Assembly: GCA_040954595.2 (NCBI GenBank)
Contig: CM082583.2
Coordinates: forward strand, 32,542-96,541
Reading direction: 5' to 3'
DNA from: Balanoglossus misakiensis
Lineage: Eukaryota > Animalia > Hemichordata
DNA: 64,000 nucleotides
A program made the position numbers and the translations under genes. This document shows, one piece after another, positions 26,501 to 38,369 of this stretch (position 1 is the first letter of the stretch; every line of letters begins with the position of its first letter). The notes under the pieces were generated by a model. That model was not told the origin of the DNA. It worked only from the letters and a program-made list of their open reading frames with translations, and did no database searches.

Positions 26501-29500
26501 TTTGATCTCTAACCCTCGACCTTTGACCCTTGAAATCTAACCCTTGACCCTTGAAACTAAACTCTTGACCCTTAAACCCTAAACTTGACAACTGACCCTT
26601 AATGCTTGACCTTTAAACCCTTGACCCTAGACCCTTGACCATTAAACTCTAACCCTTGAACGCCAACTGTTGACCCATCAACTATAATCCTTGACCTTTG
26701 CGCCTTGACCCCTTGAACTCTAACCCTTGACCTTTGACCCTTGAACCCAAATCATTGGCTCGTGAACTCTAACCCTTGACCGTTGAACTCAAATCCTTGA
26801 CCCTTGACCCCTTGAACTCTAACCCTTGATCCGTGTGCTCATACCCTTGACCCTTGACCCTCGATCTCCAACTCTTGAACTCTAACCCTTGACCTTTGAC
26901 CATTGAACTCTAACCCTTGATCCTTGACCCCTTGAAACTTGGACTCTAACCATTGAACCTCTGACCCATGAACTCCAACCCTTGACCCTTGAAACTAAAC
27001 TCTTGACCCTTAAACCCTAAACTTGACAACTGGCCCTTAAAGCTTGACCTTTAAACCCTTGACCCTAGAACCCTTGACCATTAAACTCTAACCCTTGAAC
27101 GCCAACTGTTGACCCATCAACTATAATCCTTGACCTTGACCCCTTGAACTCTAACCCTTGACCTTTGACCCTTGAACTCCAACCTTGGCTCGTGAACTCT
27201 AACCCTTGACCGTTGAACTCAAATCCTTGACCCTTGACCCCTCGACCATTGAACTCTAACCCTTGATCCTTGTGCTCATACCCTTGACCCCCTTGACCCT
27301 CGATCTCCAACTCTTGAACTCATACCCTTCACCTTTGACCCTTGAACTCAAATCATTGGCTCGTGAACTCTAACCCTTGACCGTTGAACTCAAATCCTTG
27401 ACCCTTGACCCTTTGACCATTGAACTCTAACCCTTGATCCTTGTGCTCATACCCTTGACCCTTGACCCACTTGACCCTTGATCTCCAACTCTTGAACTCA
27501 TACCCCTGACCTTTGTTGCTTGAACTCTAACCCTTGGCTCGTGAACTCTAACCCTTGACCTTTGACCATTGAAATCTAACCCTTGAACGCAAAACCCTAA
27601 CCCTTGACCATTAAAGTCTAACCCTTGAACGCCAACTGTTGACCCATCAACTACAATCATTGACCTTTGACCCTTGACCCTCGATCTCCAACTCTTAAAC
27701 TCTAACCCTTGACCTCTAATCCTTGATCCTATACCGCTTGAACCTTGGACTCTAACCATTAAACCTCTAACCCATGAACTCCAACCCTCGACCCTTGAAC
27801 TCTAACCCTTGACCTTTGAACTCTAACATTTGACCCTTGAACTCTTACCCTTGATTCTTGATCTCTAACCCTTGAACCCTAGACCATTAAACTCTAACCC
27901 TTGAACGCCAACTGTTGACCCATCAACTGTAATCCTTGACCTTTGACCCTTGATCTCCAACTCTTGAACTCTAACCCTTGACCTTTGACCCTTGAACTCA
28001 AATCCTTGGCTGGTGAACTCTAACCCTTGACCGTTGAACTCAAATCCTTGACCCTTGACCCCTTGACCATTGAACTCTAACCCTTGATCCTTGTGCTCAT
28101 AGCCTTGACCCTTGACCCCCTTGACCCTCGATCTAAAACTCTTGATCTCTAACCCTTGACCCTTGACCCCTTGACCATTGAACTCTAACCCTTGATCCTT
28201 GACCCCTTGAACCTTGGACTCTAACCATTGAACCTTTGACCCATGAACTCTAACCCTTGACCCTTGAGCTCTTACCCTTGACCCCTTGACCCTCGATCTC
28301 CAACTCTTGAACTCTAACTCTTGACCCCTTGAACCTTGGACTCTGGCCATTGAACCTTTGACCCATGAACTCCAACCCTTGACCCTTGAGCTCTTACCCT
28401 TGAACCTTTGACACTCAATCTCCAACTCTTTAACTCTAACCCTTGACCTTTGACCCTTGAACTCTTACCCTTGACTATTGATCTCTAACCCTTGATCTTT
28501 GACCCTTTAACTTTAACCCTTGAACTCTCTCTTCTCCTCCCCCTCACTCTCCATCCCATTCTCTCTCTCTATCACTCTCTAATAATACATGTTAAACCCT
28601 AAACTTGTCAACTGAGCCTTAATGCTTGACCCTTAAACCCTTGACCCTAGAACCCTTGACCATTAAACTCGAACCCTTGAACGCCAACTGTTGACCCATC
28701 AACTATAATCCTTGATCTTTGACCCTTGACCTTTGACCCTTGAACTCTAATCCTTCACTCTTGAACTCTAACATTTGACCCTTGAGTCATGATCTCTCAC
28801 CCTTGACCTTTGACCCTTGAACCCAAAACTCTTGACTCTTGAACCTTACCACTGACCCTGCTTCACCCTTAAACCCTTGACCATTAAATTCTAACCCTTG
28901 AACGCCAACTGTTGACCCATCAACTATAATCCTTGACCTTTGACCCTTGACCCCTTGACCCTCGATCTCCAACACTTAAATTCAAACCCTTGACGTTTGA
29001 CCCCTTGACCACTTGAACCTTGGACTCTAACCATTGAACCTTTGACCCATGAACTCCAACCCTTGACCCATGAGCTCTTACCCTTGACCCTAAACTCTTA
29101 CCCTTGACCCTTGAACTCTTACCCTTGACATTTGATCTCTAACCCTTGACCTTTGACCCTTGAAAAAAAACTCTTGACCCTTAAACCCTAAACTTGACAA
29201 CTGACCCTTAATGCTTGACCCTTTAACCGTTGACCCTTAAACTCTAACCCTTGAACGTCAACTGTTGACCCATCAACTATAATTCTTGACCTTTGACCCT
29301 TGATCTCCAACTCGTGAACTCTAACCCTTGAACTCAAATCCTTGGCTCGTGAACTCTAACTATTGACATTTGACCCTTGAACTCAAATTCTTGACCCAGG
29401 ACCCCTTGACCATTGAACTCTAACCCTTGACCTTTGACCCTTGAACTCTAATCCTTGACCCCTTGAACCTTGGACTCAAACCATTGAACCTCTGACCCAT

Positions 29501-31313
29501 GAACTCCACCCCTTGACCCTTGAGCTCTTACCCTTGACCCCTTGACCCTCGATCTCCAACTCTTCAACTCTAACCCTTGACCCTTGAACTCTAACATTTG
29601 ACCCTTGAACTCTTACCCTTGACTCTTGATCTCTAACCCTTGACCTTTGACCCTTGAACTCTAACCCTTGAACACTAACATTTGACCCTTGAACTCTTAC
29701 CCTTGACATTTGATCTCTAACCCTCGACCTTTGACCCTTGAAATCTAACCCTTGACCCTTGAAACTAAACTCTTGACCCTTAAACCCTAAACTTGACAAC
29801 TGACCCTTAATGCTTGACCTTTAAACCCTTGACCCTAGAACCCTTGACCATTAAACTCTAACCCTTGAACGCCAACTGTTGACCCATCAACTATAATCCT
29901 TGACCTTTGCCCCTTGACCCCTTGAACTCTAACCCTTGACCTTTGACCCTTGAACTCAAATCCTTGACCCTTGACCCCTCGACCATTGAACTCTAAACCT
30001 TGATCCTTGTGCTCATACCCTTGACCCTTGACCCTCGATCTCCAACTCTTGAACTCATACCCTTGACCTTTGACCCTTGAACCCAAATCATTGGCTCGTG
30101 AACTCTAACCCTTGACTGTTGAACTCAAATCCTTGACCCCTTGACCATTGAACTCTAACCCTTGATCCTTGTGCTCATACCCTTGACCCTTGACCCTCGA
30201 TCTCCAACTCTTGAACTCTAACCCTTGACCATTGTACTCTAACCCTTGATCCTTGACCCCTTGAACCTTGGACTCTAACCATTGAACCTCTGACCCATGA
30301 ACTCCAACCCTTGACCCTTGAAACTAAACTCTTGACCCTTAAACCCTAAACTTGACAACTGACCCTTAATGCTTGACCTTTAAACCCCTGACCCTAGAAC
30401 CCTTGACCATTAAACTCTAACCCTTGAATGCCAACTGTTGACCCATCAACTATAATCCTTGACCTTGACCCCTTGAACTCTAACCCTTGACCTTTGACCC
30501 TTGAACTCAAATCCTTGGCTCTTGAACTCTAACCCTTGACCGTTGAACTCAAATCCTTGACCCTTGACCCCTCGACCATTGAACTCTAACCCTTGATCCT
30601 TGTGCTCATACCCTTGACCCTTGACCCCCTTGACCCTCGATCTCCAACTCTTGAATTCATACCCTTGACCTTTGACCCTTGAACTCAAATCATTGGCTCG
30701 TGAACTCTAACCCTTGACCGTTGAACTCAAATCCTTGACCCTTGACCCCTTGACCATTGAACTCTTACCCTTGATCCTTGTGCTCATACCCTTGACCCCC
30801 TTGACCCTCGATCTCCAACTCTTGAACTCTAACCCTTGACCTTTGACCATTGAACTCTAACCCTTGATCTTTGACCCCTTGAACCTTGGACTCTAACCAT
30901 TGAATGTTTGACCCATGAACTCTAACCCTTGACCCTTGAGCTCTTACCCTTGACCCTCGATCTCCAACTCTTGAACTCTAACCCTTGACCCCTTGAACCT
31001 TGGACTCTAACCATTGAACCTTTGACCCATGAACTCCAACCCTTGACCCTTTGACCCTCGATCTCCAACTCTTCAACTTAACCCTTGAACTTTGACCCTT
31101 GAACGCTAACCCTTGACCCTTGAACTCTTACCCTTGACTCTTGATCTCCAACCCTTGACCTTAGACCCTTGAACTCTAATTCTTGACCCTTGATCTCCAA
31201 CCCTTGACCTTAGACCCTTGAACTCTAACCCTTGACCCTTGAACTCTCTCTTCTCCTCCCCCTCTCTCCATCCCATTCTCTCTCTGCATCACTCTCTAAT
31301 AATAAATGTTAAA
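20585..31313 (-). repeat. Satellite A, proximal block: (TTGACCC)n family, ~10.7 kb, with a ~3.2-kb higher-order repeat
   Basis: Reverse complement of the 2798-6900 family; identical ORF pairs offset by 3208 bp (23857/27065, 24657/27865, 26268/29476). Confidence 0.96.
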
Positions 31314-31353
31314 ATGTTACAGAAAACCATAGAAATTGGGGTTATAGGCTTAC

Positions 31354-31484
31354 GGTCAGTGCATGTGTCACCAGTAGAGCAGTTGAAACAATAACATGTA
31401 AACTGTGTACAGGAACCCGGTACTTGCGAGCAAATTCCACTGTTTAGGCAAGGAGAGGGTACACACTGGTTGTCTGGTTGATTC
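31354..31484 (-). CDS. EGF-like exon (CVPSPCLNSGICSQVPGSCTQFTCYCFNCSTGDTC), last exon before the satellite
   Basis: cag acceptor and gtaag donor; 131 bp as bounded, or 120 bp and in frame if the internal cag ending at 31474 is used. Confidence 0.6.
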
Positions 31485-31997
31485 CTGTATAGACAAAAAG
31501 AAAGAATATTGAGCAGGAAAACATCACTATAGGCTCAAAGCACTGAAACACACAGACACACAAATTCACTGATAAAGGCCCATCAACATAAATGGGATGT
31601 GAACATCCACACCATTGCCGGTTTCCTGTATGGGTTGTTGAGAAAGTTGAGAACTTCTGAACATTATTTTGAAAAAGCAGGTGTTAAAATCTACAGAAAA
31701 TCACTAGAACAGTGCAGTCAAGGTATCGTCAAAATTACAGAATCTACAAACTACACTCAGCAGTCGTGTACATGTATACCTGACAACAACCAAAGGGCTG
31801 TTTTGAAAAACCAAATGCTGTGAAATCCTTTAGAGTGCGACAAGAAACCACAGTTGCAACCGAAAACGAAAATAGTGATAACATTAAGCTAGCCCAAAGT
31901 TTGAGTTACCAGGGCTTTAATATGTGTACCATATTTATATTATATAATACATAACAAGTGTTTTGCATTGAATAAAATAATATTGGTTTATACTTAT

Positions 31998-32119
31998 GCA
32001 TTGTACATGTGGCACCAGTGAAGCATTCGGCACACATACAGTCAAACTGGAAACAGCCGTCTCACGCAACGCATGTGCCACCACATTTTGACAAGGCATA
32101 GAGTATAACTGATCAATGG
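31998..32119 (-). pseudogene. EGF-like pseudo-exon (frameshift, donor GT>AT)
   Basis: 122 bp versus 120 bp in the paralogue at 49400-49519; donor reads ataag. Confidence 0.8.
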
Positions 32120-32633
32120 CTGCCAAAACAAAAATGAAAGTATCAATGACCTGCTTGTCAAAAACTTGTACATGTACTTGTGATGTTCATTTTGTTTAAA
32201 TTATATAAGTGAGCAATGTCTTCATTCCTTATTTCAAACCTGTACATTTAAAATAACATAATGATGCTAGGATTTTTCTGTAAGAATCTTGAAAAATTAA
32301 AAAATATGCCATCAACATGATACAGAAGGCTTTCCTTTTTAACGTGCACCTCACACTCAATTTTGACCCTACATCAGCAAATTTTGAAAGGATGAAACTT
32401 TGTAAAGCTTCCACCCCATTTATTGGTGTACGGGTCCATCTATCACATTGAGAATACCAAAAATGAGGGTTTATATACCACGCTGTGTCATAAAACAGTT
32501 GAATTCGACACACCTACGGCACAGATGGCCCCCGTCCAACACTACTGGCAGTAACAGGTGTAGTCAGTATAAGAATTTGGTGTTTGGGAACAATAGCCTC
32601 CATTTTGACACAGATTCTGATCACATGGGTTAA

Positions 32634-33225
32634 AGCCCCAGTATTTCTCGTGTTTATCCATTTTTCATCATCGAAAAATGCCCGTTTTTCCTGTACATTC
32701 ATCATGGAATACTACATAATGAAGATAGAAGAAAGGTTTGGGCAACTATAGCTACGTGAAAGCTGTAAATATTGCCCGTAACACTTGAAATGATGCGCGG
32801 GTTTGTTTACAACGGAAATGTTGTACATGTCGATCAGCAAACGTGCCACTTTGACATTTGATGGTCAGACCATTTTCGGATTTGATCTGGTTCCAACGAC
32901 TGATTTCTCCCATAAAGTTATCTTCCCAAAATTTCGCCGAATTAGTGCGCATTTCTTCGCTGAGTCGCTTGATTTGGGGCGACCAAACCTCTTCCGCATA
33001 GATTCACATTTGAGTGCGCATGCGCACTAGTCACGTGTGTCAACAGAGCCTGACTTTCTGTCCGGACAGAAAGTCATTCTTCACCCGTTATATTGTAAAT
33101 TGTATGAGTTTATGAGCAGAGCTGGGGATGATGACTGTTCGATTTAGTATCAATTATCATCTACTTTTATAAATTATAGATGCCGTTTCAAACAAAATTT
33201 TGCCCCTACGAGAAATACTGAGGCT
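32634..33225. mobile_element. Non-autonomous DNA transposon with TTAA TSD (Kolobok-like), 592 bp, copy 1 only
   Basis: TIRs agccccagtatttctcgt / acgagaaatactgaggct with TTAA on both sides; empty TTAA site at 50029-50032. Confidence 0.9.
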
Positions 33226-33636
33226 TTAATGACTATCAGAAAAAAATGGTTTAAAAAACATGAAATGCAGATGGCTATACCTCAACTTAAGATGATTCCT
33301 GCACCACAACAAAATCCTTTGACACAAGCATTATACTGGAACCATACCCAGAACACGCATTAAGTATATGATGAAGGGACAATGTCTCTATTTTTGGGTA
33401 ATACAGTAAAACCTCTCTTTATGGACACCTCTCTAATCAGAACACCTAGTAAGATTGATTTTTCAAGCCAAATAGTATGGATAATTAAGGACGTCCCTTT
33501 TACTTAATAAACAGATGAAATTTCTGTTTTCTTTTCTCTTGTGGGAATTTTAGAAATGAGAAGTTACCACACAATTCAATTGCCATGAAGAGAAAGTGCC
33601 CAAAAGATTGTCATTTACGGTACGTCAGAAACTTAC

Positions 33637-33759
33637 ATATTTCACAACGGTTACCCTCATAGCAACCAGTACAGGCACAGGTATATGCCGTGCAGGAGTT
33701 GGCCACTGCATTACATACAGCCCCGTTGAGACAGCTGTTTCGCTGGCATGGATCTTGGA
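33637..33759 (-). CDS. EGF-like exon, intact frame (QDPCQRNSCLNGAVCNAVANSCTAYTCACTGCYEGNRCEI)
   Basis: 123 bp, phase 1-1, cag/gtaag; the host locus may be non-functional. Confidence 0.7.
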
Positions 33760-34088
33760 CTGCAATAAAAAGTGCAACCTAATGTTATCTCAGCAATATT
33801 TACTTTCAAAATCTGTTTGATAAAAACATCATCATTACCATTACTGTAAATACTGAACGGAACTTCACTTCCAAAAACAACTTGCTCATTCTGGGACGCA
33901 CTTGTGGGGCTATGAAAATAAACATGTTTTCTTTCAGTTGTACATCATTTTTGAGGTGAACAATTCCCAAGGCCCAAGGTGTTATGCTGAAGATGAAAAT
34001 ATAAAGTATGACCAACAGACAATGTATTGAGACATGATTGTAAATGTTAGTTCCTGCATGACAAAACGTTTGTTTTAATGAGTTTTAC

Positions 34089-34205
34089 ACTGGCTGCAGT
34101 GTGTGCCGGTGAAACATCCTGGACAAGTACACTCATAAGTTGTACACGACAGCCGAGTACACTGCCCATTGTTCAGGCATGGACTTGGCCTACATGGAGT
34201 TTGTT
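34089..34205 (-). CDS. EGF-like exon, intact frame (QTPCRPSPCLNNGQCTRLSCTTYECTCPGCFTGTHCSQ)
   Basis: 117 bp, phase 1-1, cag/gtaaa. Confidence 0.7.
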
Positions 34206-34521
34206 CTGTTTCAATGGAATGAAAAAAAATAAATAGTAGTGACATAAGTTTTTAGGGTATGACCATTTCCTTAATTCCTACAGCTGTGGTTCTATCGGGT
34301 TCTCCTATAACTAAGCCTCCTTAATGTATAACTGAACAATAAGAATTACTTATTATACTTTTGGGAGTTTAGGACTGTGGTAATTGCAAAAAAGACTCAA
34401 TTCCTGAAAGTGCCTATTTGGTTTGTCACATCCTAAATATACAGGTAATTTCATAGCTGCCAGCTATGACAAATATACCGGTATGAGGGGGGAAAAACAG
34501 TTCCTCGTCTGATAAATTTAC

Positions 34522-34644
34522 CTTGGTCACAGGTGATTCCAATGAAACAGCCTTGACAGCGACAGGTAAACGCACTGCACGATCCACTGATTGGCTCACA
34601 GATACCGTTGTTCATGCACGGATTGGGAGAACATTGATCGAGTC
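34522..34644 (-). CDS. EGF-like exon, intact frame (LDQCSPNPCMNNGICEPISGSCSAFTCRCQGCFIGITCDQ)
   Basis: 123 bp, phase 1-1, cag/gtaaa; lies within ORF 34451..34690. Confidence 0.7.
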
Positions 34645-35130
34645 CTGGGGGTTGCATGTAAATCAACCAACAATTGCATATTAACATCACAAGTCATTTC
34701 ACTATTTTTTCATTCCAAACTTAAAAGATTGCTTGTAACTTGCTGAACAAATATTCATATGGACAGACTATTCTAGCTTGGAACAGGCAAAATCAAGGGT
34801 GCCCTGACGCCCAACTTTTAAGAGCAGTTCATTTACTGAAACTGCCAGCACCCAATATTATCCCACATGTAATCAATATGTGGAAATCAAATACATCTGT
34901 AACAGTTTTAATTTACCATGTGGGTATTTGCATGGAGGGCCATGGTATTTGTTACCTACTGATAAAATACCCTTCAAAACAATATCCTCATTTCTTCAGA
35001 AGTTTGGCAACAAGACCAATAAAGTTTCACATCAAAATTTACAATGTATAAATAAGCTTAAAAGATCTACGGAATGAAGATTGCTTGTTTGTTTGCAGGG
35101 TGTCTTGAAAGTATATACTCACTTGTTTGA

Positions 35131-36017
35131 CCATGGACCCTAGAGAAAGAAGGACGCGCAATTCCAGTTTTTTCTTGAAATGATGTTCTTTTGCATACAT
35201 TATTTCCAGATAAATCCCAATAATCCAATTTGCAAATAAACTGTGTATAAACTAACGCAAAGTCTCGTGTTTTGCGTGAAGTTATCACAACACCTCAGAA
35301 CATCTCGCAGAAGACGAGAAAACTGCAACGTGGTTGAACGCAGCGATTATTTATGGAACACATCTGGACAAGTTAAACAGGAATTTGAATCTGAGTCTGA
35401 CAGCGTCCAAAACAAGCATCTTTTGTCTAACAGTCCGGGTATTTCACAAGGCTGTGAGCTAACCGTACCGAGGGTTGCCTGGCGGCCATAGCGCACACAT
35501 GATAATCCACCCAGTTTGTTTACAAATTGTTTTCGTGAAATCTGTTTTATTGTTCACGCACTGCGAAATAAAATGCCCCTAAACCACAATTTTTATTTCA
35601 ATGCTTCACGCATACATAAAATTTTTACGAAAAGTGTCAGCGTTACTAAGAAATATGAGTGCCCAGTCGGACATGCAAAAAACATGGATGATTTGTTTAC
35701 AATTTTTAAATGAAGCTTGTGGCACTAGAAATGACCGTTCAACCGACAGACGAACACCAAACCATAATAATTATCACAGACATCGTAATACTTTTAGAAT
35801 TTTAGAAAAACACGCAGTGGCTGCTGAAATGCAGGAGTGCCAGTTTGGTGGCAAGTTTTCGCATCACTGGTGGGGTCGACACGTGCCGAAGTAAGGAAGT
35901 CATTGTCCAACTGTCCTGGGTGTTAATTATATGCAAAAAAACATCATCATACAGATAATCCCCAAACCCTTTGATCTTTGCCGCAGTTGCTCGTCCTTCT
36001 TTCTCTAGGGTCTATGG
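35131..36017. mobile_element. Non-autonomous TIR DNA transposon, 887 bp, 5-bp TSD TTTGA, superfamily not assigned
   Basis: ~31-bp TIRs ccatRgaccctagagaaagaaggacg; TTTGA at 35126-35130 and 36018-36022. Confidence 0.9.
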
Positions 36018-36131
36018 TTTGACAGATGTCACCTGTGTAAGAGTTCACATACTGGCATGAATAGAAATTGCACGATGTTTGCTGGCAAAATCCACCATTC
36101 ATACATGGGTTGGGATCACAGGGGTTTTGCA
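36018..36131 (-). pseudogene. EGF-like exon separated from its donor by the transposon (QNPCDPNPCMNGGFCQQTSCNFYSCQYVNSYTGDICQ)
   Basis: cag acceptor present; the final bases and the gtgagt donor lie at 35117-35125. Confidence 0.8.
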
Positions 36132-36685
36132 CTGGAAATTAAGAAAGGACGCCATTTTATTCCTTGCTACTCATTCTACAGTACAGATATGGCAAAAACC
36201 TTGCAGAATTATGGCAAGGGTGTGCGGAGTGATTGTGCCTACAACTTATATTAGGCTGGTATCAAGTTGTTCACACCTCCATAGATCATGTGGCAGTGAC
36301 TGTGAGGCAAGGGCTTCCCTTCATGAAATCAAAGACCTGTGTACTGGAGGAGGGTTCCTTGCAAATGCTTGACTTGACTTCAAGCACACCTGTAGACTCA
36401 TATGTAAATTTACACTATCTGGCCTGGAGTGAGAATTTCCATAGTGGATGTGTGTTGACAAAAGGCAGTAAAATTGGCCAGTCGCGCATAATGTTTCTTG
36501 AACCAAGACAATCAAGACATTATGCGCCACGAAAGTGATTTTGATTGGAAAGAGTGTAATCTTGCATTCGATGTCAAGAACTCTCCAAGCTCTGCTGTGT
36601 AGATGGCTACACCTATGCTCAGGAAACATGCAGTATTTGAATGCATCAGAGACAAAAGGTAAAAGAGACTGCGCTGTATACTTAC

Positions 36686-36808
36686 ATATCTCACACCTAT
36701 CACCTTTGTAGCAACCAGTACATATGCAGGTGAGATCAAAGCAGGAATTTCGAGCCGGTTGACAGAAGCCAACATTCTGGCACGGATTTGGTTGACACTG
36801 GTTGAGTC
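36686..36808 (-). CDS. EGF-like exon, intact frame (LNQCQPNPCQNVGFCQPARNSCFDLTCICTGCYKGDRCEI)
   Basis: 123 bp, phase 1-1, cag/gtaag. Confidence 0.7.
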
Positions 36809-37106
36809 CTGCAAGGAAAAGGGTCAAATTTTCCATGATCATCAATGTCACGTGATTATGAATGTATGTAAGTGGCTGAGTTTCCTTCAAAAATTGTGAT
36901 GTGACAAACCGACAAATTAGCATATTAGCATAATCAGAATAAATAAAAAAAATGCACAGGTATTTTAAAAGAACAAAACTTTCGAAACGGAATAGAGCTA
37001 AGCTGCTATCCCTTTCTATTTTTGTGTTTGTACAACATCAGTGAAGTTTAAATCATAATAAAAAAATGATAATTATCATTATTAACTGCTACAGATTCAA
37101 ACTTAC

Positions 37107-37220
37107 TTGTCTCACAACTGGTTCCCTAGTAACACTCTGTGCACATGCAAATTGTGGCAGTACAAGAATTTACCTGTTGTTGGCAGGTACCTCCATTGAG
37201 ACAAGGACTTCATAAGTTGT
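37107..37220 (-). pseudogene. EGF-like pseudo-exon with in-frame TGA and TAG
   Basis: Reads NL*SPCLNGGTCQQQVNSCTATICMCTECY*GTSCET; cag/gtaag boundaries. Confidence 0.8.
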
Positions 37221-37259
37221 CTGAAAACACCAGTTTGCCCAATTTTCACTAATGTATAG

Positions 37260-37925
37260 GAATACATGAGAAGTCGGCCAGATTAGAAGTCGGCCAGTAC
37301 GCGCGCATGAGAAGTCGGTCAGTATGAGAAGTCGGCCAGTTGTTGAACTTGTACCCGAATAGTGCAGTAATGACCCAGATTACTTATAACAACACTTAAT
37401 AAAATATAATTGCACTAAATATTTTCATTTGGACGGATTTCCCAAATTCTTGACAACACAATGACGTCATTTCAAATAATGGCATCTGGCATCCGTACCG
37501 GTTCCCCAGCCTCGTATCCGCGTAAGGAGCTTAGGTTGTTCGCCAAATTCCTGTGACATTTCTGATTAAAGGGAGTTGTTTCAAAGCCTACTAAAATACA
37601 TAGAAGATGTATGTGTATATTCATACTTTCTGAGACAACACCAAACAAACAAACCAACAAACGTGACAAGGAACAGACTACTGGCGCAGCTCAAGAAGTG
37701 CAGGTGACTGATGTTGACGTACCCCGGTGACGTACATGAAAAGTGAACAGACAGTTTTAAAATTCATCGGCTATTTGTACAAATATCTCAGCTCCTGTAC
37801 ATCAAGGAAACATTTCGTAGTGAAACAGTTATATATAACACAAAGTACCAGGGTTCTCTCCCACAGGCCGACTTCTCGTACTGGCCGAGACCGACTTCTC
37901 ATACTGGTTGACTTCTCAGGACACC
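37260..37925. mobile_element. Non-autonomous DNA transposon, 666 bp, 8-bp TSD ATGTATAG, foldback-like subterminal repeats
   Basis: Four gaagtcggYcag copies at the left end and inverted copies at the right; atgtatag flanks both ends. Confidence 0.82.
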
Positions 37926-38036
37926 ATGTATAGCTAGCTGTTGAACTCAAAAAATATGTAAAACTACAAGTGATGTAAACAACTTGTGGAACCATGTTCA
38001 AATCGAGACAAGAAGAAAAGGGATTTCAAGACTTAC

Positions 38037-38133
38037 CTCCTTCAGCACTTTACTGCCCTGTAGCGCACTGTGTGACACTTGTAGTTGTGCATTCATAACC
38101 AGAAGGACGTGGCCGAACCTAGCGAGTATGAAC
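38037..38133 (-). pseudogene. Cys-rich ephrin-receptor-like pseudo-exon
   Basis: SYSLGSAT / PSGYECTTTSVTQCATGQ*SAEG with a frameshift and a stop; tag/gtaag. Confidence 0.65.
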
Positions 38134-38369
38134 CTATCACAGAAAAAATTCAAAGAATGATTTTTACCACCATGGTTTGGTCCAACGATCCCTTATTAGA
38201 GAGATGTCCGTAATCACAGGTTTAACTGTACAATACCTCTTCAGTGGAATCATTGTGTTTTTCAAAGTGCATCACAATATCATCTCCAATAAGCATAACA
38301 GTTTAATTTTCTGTGTATGCCATGCTATAACACAGGGAAGTCACAAGAGTGATTTGCAGCCCAACTTAC

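Noticed and set aside
2934-30688. Many KGQG/SRV-rich ORFs on both strands
   Set aside because: Stop-poor translations of the 7-mer satellite.
2798-31313. CRISPR-like repeat/spacer arrangement
   Set aside because: No unique spacers or cas genes, and the context is a eukaryotic telomere.
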